A stretch of 64,000 bases of DNA from a virus. Location: positions 1 through 64,000 of the IMG/VR virus record IMGVR_UViG_3300028840_004184; one strand, 5' to 3'. Made by a program: the position numbers and the translations under genes. How positions within the stretch are numbered: the stretch's first letter is position 1; the number at the start of each line of letters is the position of its first letter. Below the pieces are notes generated by a model. That model saw nothing but the letters and a program-made list of their open reading frames with translations. It was not told where the DNA came from and ran no database searches. Positions 19,520 through 28,803 of this stretch are shown here, in pieces.

Positions 19520-20260
19520 ATGTCTGTAACTTTTATGGCTGCTTCTGGTGCTGAAAGTTCTATGTATCACGATGAAGCTAAGCAGATTATATGGGAAATG
19601 ACACCAGCGGTAGGAGGGAACACAGGCCCTTGTCGTTTAGGCTTTTACGGTATCGCTGGGCATGGGGATTCAGTACTTTTGCTTACATGGAGTAGTTCTT
19701 CCTATATCGTGGATGTTAATGGTGATCAATATGGTGGAGGTGGCAGCGGCGTTTTCGTCCCCGTGCAGTACGTAAGTAGTTCGCAGGCAGCACTTTCTGG
19801 CATAAACGGCGGTGCAGGCTGGTCGTGGAATCTTAATCAGGACCATCGCGTTCCATGTGAAAGTGGCACAGTATTAATCCGGTTTATTGAACCTACTGGT
19901 GCAGCGGTACAAACATTAAATTGTACGTTCAGGTCTGTGCTTTTGACCGTAGACGACGTTGTAGAGAACGATACCGTCGGTGCTGATAGTTCACAGATTC
20001 AGATTTATGCTTTTGAAACCTCACGCATGAGTTTTATGACATGGCAGTGGGGACAAAAGGGGATGGAAGGTGATTCTGGTTTAACTGGTGATACAGCATG
20101 GACTAGGATAGATGATGGTGGTGCCAGCAACCAGCTTGCTGTAGATGACCATCAGTGGGAGGCTGTGGCCCACGATTATGTGGTTTGCGTCAGCGTATCC
20201 CCACAACAAACTGGATCTATTACTAGGTTTGGTTTTATGTTCAGAGTGGACTATGTTTAA
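19520..20260 (+). CDS. Putative virion structural protein
   Basis: AAGGAGG RBS at 19507-19513 favours ATG 19520; Gly/Ser-rich and beta-type; 5 SG motifs. Confidence 0.5.
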   Translation: MSVTFMAASGAESSMYHDEAKQIIWEMTPAVGGNTGPCRLGFYGIAGHGDSVLLLTWSSSSYIVDVNGDQYGGGGSGVFVPVQYVSSSQAALSGINGGAGWSWNLNQDHRVPCESGTVLIRFIEPTGAAVQTLNCTFRSVLLTVDDVVENDTVGADSSQIQIYAFETSRMSFMTWQWGQKGMEGDSGLTGDTAWTRIDDGGASNQLAVDDHQWEAVAHDYVVCVSVSPQQTGSITRFGFMFRVDYV

Positions 20261-20271
20261 GGAATATTATT

Positions 20272-20694
20272 ATGCCAGAAATTAGCGTAACTCTAAACGC
20301 CCCAGAGATTAATGAACAGTCACACTGGGAGGCCAAACTTTCGGATGGTAGGGTTATTGTCGAAGACGTTATCAAGGGGGCACCTACCGCGTGGAGTCGC
20401 ATGCGTAGGTACTTGGCAAAGTATAAAAATATAAAAATTTTAGAATTTTCCTTGACTTTTGGTGATCGTCGTATTATAATTCCTCAAAGCCTTTCTGTCG
20501 ATGGTTACTTCTTCTCCGGTAGGTCTGAAGGAGTCATCGGGGTATACCAAATGGATTTTCGTGGCGTAGGCTACGTTGTGGGTGGGAAAATATATGTGTC
20601 ATGGGCACGTCCAGCCACAAATAATTTTCCGGGTGGTGTACAACAGGAAATTATGGAATATAAAGAGGGTGACCCAAGGGTTATAATGAATTAA
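20272..20694 (+). CDS. Hypothetical protein
   Basis: 140-aa ORF with RBS, coupled to the next gene. Confidence 0.55.
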   Translation: MPEISVTLNAPEINEQSHWEAKLSDGRVIVEDVIKGAPTAWSRMRRYLAKYKNIKILEFSLTFGDRRIIIPQSLSVDGYFFSGRSEGVIGVYQMDFRGVGYVVGGKIYVSWARPATNNFPGGVQQEIMEYKEGDPRVIMN

Positions 20695-21155
20695 TGGATA
20701 AGTTTAAATCCATTACTACGCAAGGAATTAAGCATGATGCAGCTAATCTCCTTACGGAGATATTATTGCTTAATAAATATGGAGATCTGGAGCCTTATTG
20801 TTGGCGAAAAAACCACTCTATGGCAAAGGAGTGGCCCAAGTCTTTAGCACTTATCCGTAAATTAATCAAGTCTTTCGATATCAAGCCAGAACAGATAGCT
20901 TGGTTTTTCTATAAAACACGCCCAAAGGAAATCAACTCCAAAGAGTTCGGACTTGTCGCTTGGCAAATCCGGCGTCTTTTCCCACAAATGCCTCTTGGTA
21001 AAATCCACGGGATTTATCTCGCGAAATTTAAGCCAGAGCCCAGTAGTTATTTTTCTCTTAAGGAGCAAAGTAAGCCGACAGAAACTGGAAAAACCAGACA
21101 AAAGTCTAATTTGTTAGATGTATTAAGTCAATTGGAGAATAAGGGTGGCGAATAA
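20694..21155 (+). CDS. Hypothetical protein
   Basis: 153-aa basic ORF, TAATG coupling. Confidence 0.55.
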   Translation: MDKFKSITTQGIKHDAANLLTEILLLNKYGDLEPYCWRKNHSMAKEWPKSLALIRKLIKSFDIKPEQIAWFFYKTRPKEINSKEFGLVAWQIRRLFPQMPLGKIHGIYLAKFKPEPSSYFSLKEQSKPTETGKTRQKSNLLDVLSQLENKGGE

Positions 21156-22182
21156 GAAAAGTAATGAAGAGCCTAAGGTCGAGATGTTTCAGGACGAGAA
21201 AACGTTTCTTGCTCATGCTAAGAAAGAATATGGTAAGCTAAGTGTCAGGGATATCGATACAGTTGAGGACCCGAAGCCCAATTCGACTGGTTCGATTATG
21301 CTGGATATAGATCTCAAAGTCCCATACCCGGAAGGACGTATTATTGAGATTTATGGTCCTAATCAGGCTGGTAAAACATCCATTGTCCTTGAAGCTCTTG
21401 GTCAGGCACAGAAGGCGGGGAAGTATGTTGCTTTTTGTGATGCAGAAGGCAAGTTGACCAAGAGTCTTGTTAGTGGTATTAGAACAATTAATCCATTAAT
21501 TGAAGACGAAGAAGGTAATAAAACATTTAAGATTTTAAAGGGAAGGTGTGGGGAAGAGAATCTTAATTTGGTTAGGGATTATGTTAGGTCATATCCAGGC
21601 AGTGTTGTCGGTATAGACAGTGTTGATGCTCTTGTCCCAGAGAATGTTTTACAGGGCGATATCGGCGATTCTGCTGTTGCTGATTTAGCGAAGTTAATGT
21701 CTGATGGTTGTCGTAAATTAAACGAAGCAGTACAAAAAACTAAGTCCACCATTCTTTTTATAAATCAGATGCGTAATAAAATTACTCTTTTCGGAGACCC
21801 TAGAACTACGTCTGGTGGTGAGGCTCTTGGTTATTATTCTGATCAAAGGATAGTTCTTTCTGGTGTTGGAAAAGACCAAAGAGTCAAGGGTGAGGGTGGT
21901 AAAATTATTGGTCATATTGCTAGATATAGTATTATCAAGAATAAACTAAGTCCACCCGTGGAGGGTAGTGTTCGTATCATATATGGGATTGGCATACACA
22001 GGGAATGGGAGCTTGCTAGGTTACTCAAGGACCTTGGTCTTGTAGAAGCTGGTGGTAAGGGTGGACACTCTCTTAAGATTGAAGGTAGGGTGCTCACCGT
22101 GGATAAGACTGCGGCTTTGTTTGAAGCAGACCCTGATTTATATACTAAGTATTATGAAATGTTGATGGACTGTTATAAATAA
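21145..22182 (+). CDS. recA: RecA/UvsX-family recombinase
   Basis: STGSIMLDIDL, GRIIEIYGPNQAGKT (Walker A), IDSVDALVP, FINQMR, TSGGEALGYYSDQR, KNK. Confidence 0.93.
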   Translation: MANKKSNEEPKVEMFQDEKTFLAHAKKEYGKLSVRDIDTVEDPKPNSTGSIMLDIDLKVPYPEGRIIEIYGPNQAGKTSIVLEALGQAQKAGKYVAFCDAEGKLTKSLVSGIRTINPLIEDEEGNKTFKILKGRCGEENLNLVRDYVRSYPGSVVGIDSVDALVPENVLQGDIGDSAVADLAKLMSDGCRKLNEAVQKTKSTILFINQMRNKITLFGDPRTTSGGEALGYYSDQRIVLSGVGKDQRVKGEGGKIIGHIARYSIIKNKLSPPVEGSVRIIYGIGIHREWELARLLKDLGLVEAGGKGGHSLKIEGRVLTVDKTAALFEADPDLYTKYYEMLMDCYK

Positions 22183-22203
22183 TCTTACGGAGATCATCCA
22201 GTA

Positions 22204-22533
22204 ATGAGAACTTTAGCTGAGATTATTGAATGTATTAAAGATGGTTATGACCCGTCTTATGAAGAACTTTATTGGGCTATGTTGGCCATGGAGGCTTTGG
22301 CTAATTTCGATTCTATGGATATACGTAGGCTATTAAATAAGGGGCCATTATTTACGCCGGAATATGTACACAGGACTTCGTTTGATAGATGGAAAAAGGC
22401 CTTAAATAAAGACCCCAAGACCTGGGTGGGGACTAACAATGACCCCAAGACCACCGAGTATCAGAGGCGTCGTAAGATAGCTAAGAAGATATTTGATAAA
22501 GTGATGAACAAGGATGAGCCTCACGGCAACTGA
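22204..22533 (+). CDS. Hypothetical protein
   Basis: 109-aa ORF with GGAG RBS. Confidence 0.55.
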   Translation: MRTLAEIIECIKDGYDPSYEELYWAMLAMEALANFDSMDIRRLLNKGPLFTPEYVHRTSFDRWKKALNKDPKTWVGTNNDPKTTEYQRRRKIAKKIFDKVMNKDEPHGN

Positions 22534-22536
22534 GTG

Positions 22537-22962
22537 ATGAAATTTAAAACTGTTGATGGGCGTGTAGTTTCCGTAGACCTACGAAGAAAAAACACATGTA
22601 GGGATATTAGCCAGAGATCTAAAGGACAAGAACACTTAAGTGTGTGTATTGCACGTATATATCAGTTTGTTCCTGTGTTCGAAGAGTTTATTATTCCTGG
22701 TGAACAAGGTTTGTCGCTTGACTTTTTTATACCACAAAAGAAGATAGCGTTTGAATTTAATGGTCAGCAACACTACGAATATAATAAGTTTTTTCATAAT
22801 TCTAAAATAGATTTTTTAAATCAACAAAAAAGGGATAATAGGAAAAGAGAATGGTGCAGAGTAAACAATGTAACTCTAGTCGAGGTGGTAGACCAAAAGA
22901 TATCATTGGAGTCACTGGGGGAAATGATAGAAAAAGCAATCCGCAAGCAGAGCAATTATTAA
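22537..22962 (+). CDS. PD-(D/E)XK / DUF559-like endonuclease
   Basis: LSLDFFIPQKKIAFEFNGQQHY...RDNRKREWC pattern typical of Vsr/DUF559-like phage nucleases. Confidence 0.7.
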   Translation: MKFKTVDGRVVSVDLRRKNTCRDISQRSKGQEHLSVCIARIYQFVPVFEEFIIPGEQGLSLDFFIPQKKIAFEFNGQQHYEYNKFFHNSKIDFLNQQKRDNRKREWCRVNNVTLVEVVDQKISLESLGEMIEKAIRKQSNY

Positions 22963-24356
22963 TTGCTGCCATGATTAAACACCCGGATATCTTTTTTCAA
23001 TTCGACCAATATCTTACCGAAGACGATTTTTCAGTTCATGAGCATAAGCAAATATATTATGTTATTAAGCAATTTTATGATGACTCTAGGGAGGATTTGA
23101 GTATAATTCGTTTTGAGGCAAAAGCCACTGATGTTGGTTTTACTTTTTTGTGTAATAACGAAATGGTCCAAGACCTATTCACTATGTCTGTTACTAAAGA
23201 CGATGCGTCAGATAGTTTCGCGAAAGTTAAGAAGGAATCCATCAGACGTAAGTACGATGATGCTTTACAAAGACTTAGTGCTTATGTGGATGACACTGGC
23301 GATTCGGTTGGGAATATTGTTTCGAGTGTTGAAGAGGGGATTATGGAGGTTTCTTCGATTCTTCAATATGGTGAACATGGTATTATTAATCTTGCCGCAG
23401 AAGCCGAAGATATGATCCGTCGGTTAGCAGAGTCTCCTGGGCATCTTGGGCTTGATATAGGTTTTCCTATATGGCAGAAGCATGTTGGTGAACTACGTAA
23501 TGGCAGTTTACATATTGTTATTTCTGATACAGGTGTTGGTAAGTCACAATGGGGTATGCGTGGTGCGATTTTAGCCGCTAAAAACGGTATTCCGTCCCTG
23601 ATATGTGATTCTGAAATGAATGAAACAGATCAGGCGGTTAGAGCCTTTGGTATGTATATGAAAATCCCCTACTGGATACTTGAAACAGGATATTGGCGGT
23701 TAAGTGACGATGAATTAATTGAGCGTGATTTTAAAGAAACAATGCCTGAGTTTCGACAAATTCAAAATGCTAGGATGAGAATGGGCGATAAAGAGGCGTT
23801 GGATGTATTTAAAACATTCCCGTTACAATATGTTTCTATTAATGGACTGACCGTTAGTGATGCTATACCTTTTATGCGTCAATGGGTTATGCGGTATACT
23901 AATATAGACAAGGAAAATAAATTTCCACAAGCCTTCTTGGTATATGACTATATTAAGCTTGCTACAGTAGAAGAAGTGAGGTCTGGTTTACAAGAATATC
24001 AATTACTTGGTTTAAATACTTCTAAGCTACATGATTTTATGCAGAAGTATCATTTGCCCGGCCTGACTTTTGGACAGACCAATCGCGATGTGGATGATTC
24101 ATTGCGTTGCATTGCTGGTTCAAAAAGAATAGCAGAACTTTGTGATTCTGTGTCTATTTTTAAAGAGAAGAATCCTGAGGAATTACAGCTTGACCCCAAC
24201 GGGAACCATATGGTTAAGGTGTTTAAAGGCAGACATGGTAAGAGGACTGGTCGTGGTCATGTCAGTATTCAGTTTAATGGTGAAATAGGACACATGGAAG
24301 AAATAGGATTCGTTAGTTATGCAGAGAGACGAGCCCAAGAAGAAGAGCAGGAATAA
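22851..24356 (+). CDS. dnaB: Replicative DNA helicase DnaB-like
   Basis: N-terminal NPQAEQ...L.E.DF; Walker A SDTGVGKS; SEM; VYDYIKL; QTNR; KGRHG. Start position uncertain. Confidence 0.88.
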   Translation: MVQSKQCNSSRGGRPKDIIGVTGGNDRKSNPQAEQLLIAAMIKHPDIFFQFDQYLTEDDFSVHEHKQIYYVIKQFYDDSREDLSIIRFEAKATDVGFTFLCNNEMVQDLFTMSVTKDDASDSFAKVKKESIRRKYDDALQRLSAYVDDTGDSVGNIVSSVEEGIMEVSSILQYGEHGIINLAAEAEDMIRRLAESPGHLGLDIGFPIWQKHVGELRNGSLHIVISDTGVGKSQWGMRGAILAAKNGIPSLICDSEMNETDQAVRAFGMYMKIPYWILETGYWRLSDDELIERDFKETMPEFRQIQNARMRMGDKEALDVFKTFPLQYVSINGLTVSDAIPFMRQWVMRYTNIDKENKFPQAFLVYDYIKLATVEEVRSGLQEYQLLGLNTSKLHDFMQKYHLPGLTFGQTNRDVDDSLRCIAGSKRIAELCDSVSIFKEKNPEELQLDPNGNHMVKVFKGRHGKRTGRGHVSIQFNGEIGHMEEIGFVSYAERRAQEEEQE

Positions 24357-25404
24357 GCTTGATAAAGATGATATCAAGATACTTAATGAGCTAGGTAGAA
24401 GGGACTTTTCTTGTATCTTGAATCATTTTAAAATTCCTTATGCTGATAAAGGCAGCTTTCTTAACACATGCTGTCCTTTACCAGGCCATACTGGAGATGG
24501 TGATAATTGGTCTGCTTTTTCTTTTCAGTATGACACCGGTATGTGGGCATGCTGGACCCATCATTGTGAAGAGCGGTATGGACGCGATGTCATAGGCTTT
24601 GTTAAGGGGATGAGAGAGTGTTCTTTTAAGGAGGCTGTCGAGTGGTTACAAAATTTTATGTCGGACACAAAGAATCTTGATGTTTCCGAAATAAGCATAG
24701 ATGATGTTCCAGATACGAAGAAGCGTAAGAAAGAATCTATAGTTATACATCGTCCTATACCCGATATGATGTTGGATTATTTAGATTATAGCGATGATTC
24801 TTCTGGCATGTTGTATATGCTTGGTCGTGGTTTTAGTAAGAGTGTGTTAAAAAAGTTCGAGGTTGGTTACTGGGAACGTTTTGGAACCTATATGCACAAA
24901 CGTGTAATTATTCCTGTTCGGGATGCCGAGGGGCGTATTGTATTTTTTACTGGTAGAACGTTAGAGCCTAAAGAAGTATGGTCCGATAAGTCTAAGGATA
25001 TATCCAAGTGGCTCCATGCACGCAACTATGTTAAATATAATAAGAGAGATAAATTTTCAAAGACTTCAGTAGTATTTAATCTACATAATGTTATAAAGAA
25101 GAAATATGATAGTATAATATTGGTTGAAGGACCTTTTGATGGTTTCAAGCTTGAGATGGCCGGAATTTATAATTGGGGTGCATGCTTAGGTGGATTTTCT
25201 CCAGTCCAGCAGAGATTATTAATGCAGGCTGGGATTAAGTCAGTTGTTCTTGCTTTTGATCCTGACGACTCCGGTCGTCGCGGAACCCAGACAGCGAGAG
25301 CATTGCTCGCCGATGTTTTTAGTGTTAAGGAGATAGCTGTTCCGGAGCCATACGATGTTGGTTCTTTGTCTGTAGCTACGTTGAGAGAACTAATTGGAGT
25401 ATAA
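24319..25404 (+). CDS. dnaG: DNA primase DnaG-like
   Basis: CHC2-like Zn finger (CPLPGH...CWTHHC), RVIIPVRD..GRIV.FTGR, Toprim ILVEGPFD and FDPDDSG. Confidence 0.9.
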   Translation: MQRDEPKKKSRNKLDKDDIKILNELGRRDFSCILNHFKIPYADKGSFLNTCCPLPGHTGDGDNWSAFSFQYDTGMWACWTHHCEERYGRDVIGFVKGMRECSFKEAVEWLQNFMSDTKNLDVSEISIDDVPDTKKRKKESIVIHRPIPDMMLDYLDYSDDSSGMLYMLGRGFSKSVLKKFEVGYWERFGTYMHKRVIIPVRDAEGRIVFFTGRTLEPKEVWSDKSKDISKWLHARNYVKYNKRDKFSKTSVVFNLHNVIKKKYDSIILVEGPFDGFKLEMAGIYNWGACLGGFSPVQQRLLMQAGIKSVVLAFDPDDSGRRGTQTARALLADVFSVKEIAVPEPYDVGSLSVATLRELIGV

Positions 25405-25407
25405 GAG

Positions 25408-25965
25408 ATGCATAATAATATTTTTCAGTTTAAACATTTTCTTGTCTATCTTGGTGGGGCTATTCAGTATGCCTCTGACGGTGGTGTGAATTGGCGTAGA
25501 GATGTTACTAATAAGATGATGACTTTGGGCATTCCTAAGGATCAAATTATTGACCCATGTGATAAGCCATTGAATAATTTTGAAGGTGAAGATTTGGATA
25601 TGGCGTTTAGTAGGATCGGTGAGTTGCGTAAACAGAAGAAATGGAAGGAGATCGAGCGACTTAGTAGGAATACTATACGGGTTGATTTACGTCTAGTGGA
25701 TAAATCAGACTTGATCTATGTACATATAGATCCTCAAATTCATACCTGCGGGACATATGATGAGATTAGTGTGGCAAGAACACAAAAGAAGCCCGTGATA
25801 GCCGTTATTGATGGTGGTCTTGAGAATGCTCCGTATTGGCTGATGGGTCGTATAGGAGTAGAGCATATTTTCGCGACGGATGATGATGCACTGAGTTATA
25901 TAGGCGGTGTGATGAAGGGTCAAATTGCTTTTGATCCTAAATCATGGTTGTTTTTTGATTTTTAG
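25408..25965 (+). CDS. Nucleoside 2-deoxyribosyltransferase-like / N-glycosidase family protein
   Basis: VYLGGAI...WR...DP...DLRLVDKSD...GTYDEI...KKP. Confidence 0.7.
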   Translation: MHNNIFQFKHFLVYLGGAIQYASDGGVNWRRDVTNKMMTLGIPKDQIIDPCDKPLNNFEGEDLDMAFSRIGELRKQKKWKEIERLSRNTIRVDLRLVDKSDLIYVHIDPQIHTCGTYDEISVARTQKKPVIAVIDGGLENAPYWLMGRIGVEHIFATDDDALSYIGGVMKGQIAFDPKSWLFFDF

Positions 25966-26631
25966 ATGGAGCAAGTTATGGTTAAATATATTGGTTTGTT
26001 TGGACAAAAGGAAGTTGGAAAAAATACTTTTTATGATGCTTTTGAACAATATGTTGTTGGTAGACTTCGCTCTGCTTGTTCTAGGGTGGTGACGGTTAAG
26101 GAAGCTAGTTTTGCTTATCATTTGAGACGTATTTTGGCTGATACATATGGTATTCCGGATGAGATTATGTGGTCTGGTGATAAAGACCAATTGATTAAAG
26201 TTGATAGGTTAAGGTGGGAGAACCTTGGGTCTATTGTACGTAATAAATATCCTGATCGTGTTGGTTATATGACTTTACGTGAATTACTTCAGGTATTTGG
26301 TACCGATGTTATTCGTGATGGATGGGAAAAGAATTTTTGGGCTTATTTCCCGTTTATGCAACTTAAGGGAACTGATGTTGACTTTGTGATATTTACTGAT
26401 TGTCGTTTTTTGAATGAAGTGCATGCATGTATAGATCATGACGGTATAGTTATTAATCTTTTGCGACCTGCGTTAGAATCTAGCGATGCACATTCATCAG
26501 AAAACCAGGCTATACCGGAGGAGTTATTTGATTTCACAATAAAGGGTGTTGAGGGCGTGGGGCCTTTTACTCGTCAAATTCATGATTTTCTTGATGCGAA
26601 CCAGGAAAGGTTTTTTGGACAATGTATGTAA
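25966..26631 (+). CDS. Deoxynucleoside monophosphate kinase
   Basis: P-loop GLFGQKEVGKNT, RELLQVFGTDVIR, IFTDCRFLNE, HSSE. Confidence 0.85.
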   Translation: MEQVMVKYIGLFGQKEVGKNTFYDAFEQYVVGRLRSACSRVVTVKEASFAYHLRRILADTYGIPDEIMWSGDKDQLIKVDRLRWENLGSIVRNKYPDRVGYMTLRELLQVFGTDVIRDGWEKNFWAYFPFMQLKGTDVDFVIFTDCRFLNEVHACIDHDGIVINLLRPALESSDAHSSENQAIPEELFDFTIKGVEGVGPFTRQIHDFLDANQERFFGQCM

Positions 26632-27692
26632 CTAAGTTAAGCCCATCTAGAGTTAATACTTTTTTAGATTGTTCTTTTAAGTATTTTTTGACTTATGAAA
26701 TTTACATATGTCAGGATTGTCATCAACCTACGTATGTTACTGAATGGCAGGCGATGAATATCGATCATTACAGTAACAAGAAGTGTCTTAATCCTAAGTG
26801 TAATAGTACGAATTTAAAGAAGCTTGAGTTACCATCTAATTGGGGTGCGACAAATGGGTCCATTATACATAAGATATTAGAGTTGTATGCCGAGGCATGT
26901 AGAACTAAGGCTGATGTAGGTGACTGGCGTTTTAAATGGAAAGACAATTTGGTATTGGCTTATTTAGGAAGGCTTCCTAATGAAGATGGTGATGGTTTTG
27001 AGGACTTTGGTTCAGAGAGACTTAATTTGTTAGTTGATAAAAACCAGGACGGATTGAGTAGTCTTACTGAGTGTGGAGAATGCCCTTTTCATTGTCTTGT
27101 GACGGATAATAAGCCGTGCTTTGATGGTACGACACATAGTGGTTTATGTCCTAAGCTGTTCTTTGAGAAGTCTATACTATTCGTTGAGGGTGTTATTAAA
27201 CGTTATGACAATAGATATCGAGAGAATTGTTTGGGGACTGAGAAAAAATTTAACATAGGTATTGGTGAAGATATTTTTATTAATGGCATCATGGATGCTG
27301 CTTTTCGTGTAGATGATGATACTATTGAGGTAGTGGATTATAAAACTGGTAAATTTACCAAAAAGTATGATGAGTTATTGAATGATAATCAGGCAAGGAT
27401 GTATTCTATAGCAGTCAAACATTTGTTTCCTCAATTTAAGCACCATTTATTAACATTTGATTATTTCACGAGGGTGCCAGTTACTGTCAGCTTTAGTGAT
27501 GTTGATGATGAGTATATGAAGAGGCGTGTTATAGAATGGTATAGACAAATTGAGGATACCGAATACCCGAGACGTATACCTCTCCGAAATAATGGTTCTT
27601 TATTTTTTAAATGTAGATATATGTGTGATCGTGATATTTGTGATTATCATTGGGATATTTTTAATTCACGCTATGGAAGGGGTGGTTTATAA
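26622..27692 (+). CDS. PD-(D/E)XK nuclease (RecB/AddB/Cas4-like) with Cys-rich insertions
   Basis: LSPSRVNTFLDC, GSIIH.ILE, E..F, INGIMD, VVDYKTG, Q..MY, C-terminal CRYMC. Confidence 0.8.
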   Translation: MYVTKLSPSRVNTFLDCSFKYFLTYEIYICQDCHQPTYVTEWQAMNIDHYSNKKCLNPKCNSTNLKKLELPSNWGATNGSIIHKILELYAEACRTKADVGDWRFKWKDNLVLAYLGRLPNEDGDGFEDFGSERLNLLVDKNQDGLSSLTECGECPFHCLVTDNKPCFDGTTHSGLCPKLFFEKSILFVEGVIKRYDNRYRENCLGTEKKFNIGIGEDIFINGIMDAAFRVDDDTIEVVDYKTGKFTKKYDELLNDNQARMYSIAVKHLFPQFKHHLLTFDYFTRVPVTVSFSDVDDEYMKRRVIEWYRQIEDTEYPRRIPLRNNGSLFFKCRYMCDRDICDYHWDIFNSRYGRGGL

Positions 27693-28264
27693 TGCCAAAA
27701 ATCGCCAAGGATGCTATTGATATTTATTTTGAACATGGCATTGATCAAATTAATAGACGTATTTTTTTATATGGTGATGTTGATGAAGATCAAATAGGAC
27801 AGGTTATTAAAGGCATTTTTCTGTTACGGTCATTAAATAAAGAAAAATCGATTGAGATATATGTGGGGACATTAGGCGGCAATATATATGAAATGTTTGG
27901 TCTTTATGATGTAATTAGGAATTGTGATGGTAAGATTATCACTATTGGTATGGGAAAAGTAATGTCTTCTGGTATTTTAATTCTTGCTGCTGGTGATGAG
28001 AAAAAGGCGTTTAGAAACACCTCGTTTATGATGCATGAGTTTAGTGCTTATGGTGATGGTGAAGGAGCATCTAGTCAAAGGGTTTCATTGGAACATATAG
28101 ATGATCTGCATAAGAAGTGGGCAGAATGTATGGAGGAAAGAACACGCATACCAGTCAGGGAATGGTACAAGATGCTCAAGAGCCCTGATTATTTTTTCGA
28201 TATAGACGAGGCTATTGACCTTAAAATTGTTGATGAAATTATACCGGAAAAGGAGATGGTGTGA
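27692..28264 (+). CDS. clpP: ClpP-like serine protease
   Basis: RRIFLYGDV, GG....GLYDVI, GKVMSSG (Ser), FMMH (His), DYFF..EA...IVDEI. Confidence 0.85.
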   Translation: MPKIAKDAIDIYFEHGIDQINRRIFLYGDVDEDQIGQVIKGIFLLRSLNKEKSIEIYVGTLGGNIYEMFGLYDVIRNCDGKIITIGMGKVMSSGILILAAGDEKKAFRNTSFMMHEFSAYGDGEGASSQRVSLEHIDDLHKKWAECMEERTRIPVREWYKMLKSPDYFFDIDEAIDLKIVDEIIPEKEMV

Positions 28265-28803
28265 AACTGTGTCTTGGATGTGATTTTAAGATTTTGGCAC
28301 GAACTGGATATAAGTCTGTTGATATTCATGGCAAGCCAGATATTGAATGTGATGTTTTCGATCTTAGCGTAATACCTAACGATTCGTGTGAGGTTATTAT
28401 AGCCTCACATATATTAGAGCATGGTTATTTTGAGGGAGCACTATCTTATAGGGTACAACAAGTTATTAATGTTTTAAGGATGTGGAAGAGAAAGCTTATT
28501 AAGGATGGTAAGATATATATTGCTGTGCCAGACTTTGAGTATGTGGTGTCTGCTTATTTTACATCTAGGGAGAATTTTTGGGCAAATGAAGTTGATATTA
28601 TCGGTCCACTTCTTGGCGGAGCCACTAATGCTAATGATTTTCATAATATGATTTTTAATATATATTTGCTTAAATATGTGATGGAGCAGGCTGGTTTTCA
28701 GAATGTCTGTGAGATGCAGCCAGGCAGTGCCGAGTTTCTGCCGGATGTTAATGGTGCATCCAGGGATATACGCAGTATTAATATGGTAGGAGAAAATATA
28801 TGA
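28261..28803 (+). CDS. Class I SAM-dependent methyltransferase
   Basis: KLCLGC, VDI...PDI.CD, IIASHILEH, L..DGKIYIAVPD. Confidence 0.8.
   Translation: MKLCLGCDFKILARTGYKSVDIHGKPDIECDVFDLSVIPNDSCEVIIASHILEHGYFEGALSYRVQQVINVLRMWKRKLIKDGKIYIAVPDFEYVVSAYFTSRENFWANEVDIIGPLLGGATNANDFHNMIFNIYLLKYVMEQAGFQNVCEMQPGSAEFLPDVNGASRDIRSINMVGENI

Noticed and set aside
26622-27692. Cas4 implying a CRISPR-Cas system
   Set aside because: No array or other cas genes; stand-alone PD-(D/E)XK nucleases are common in phage replication modules
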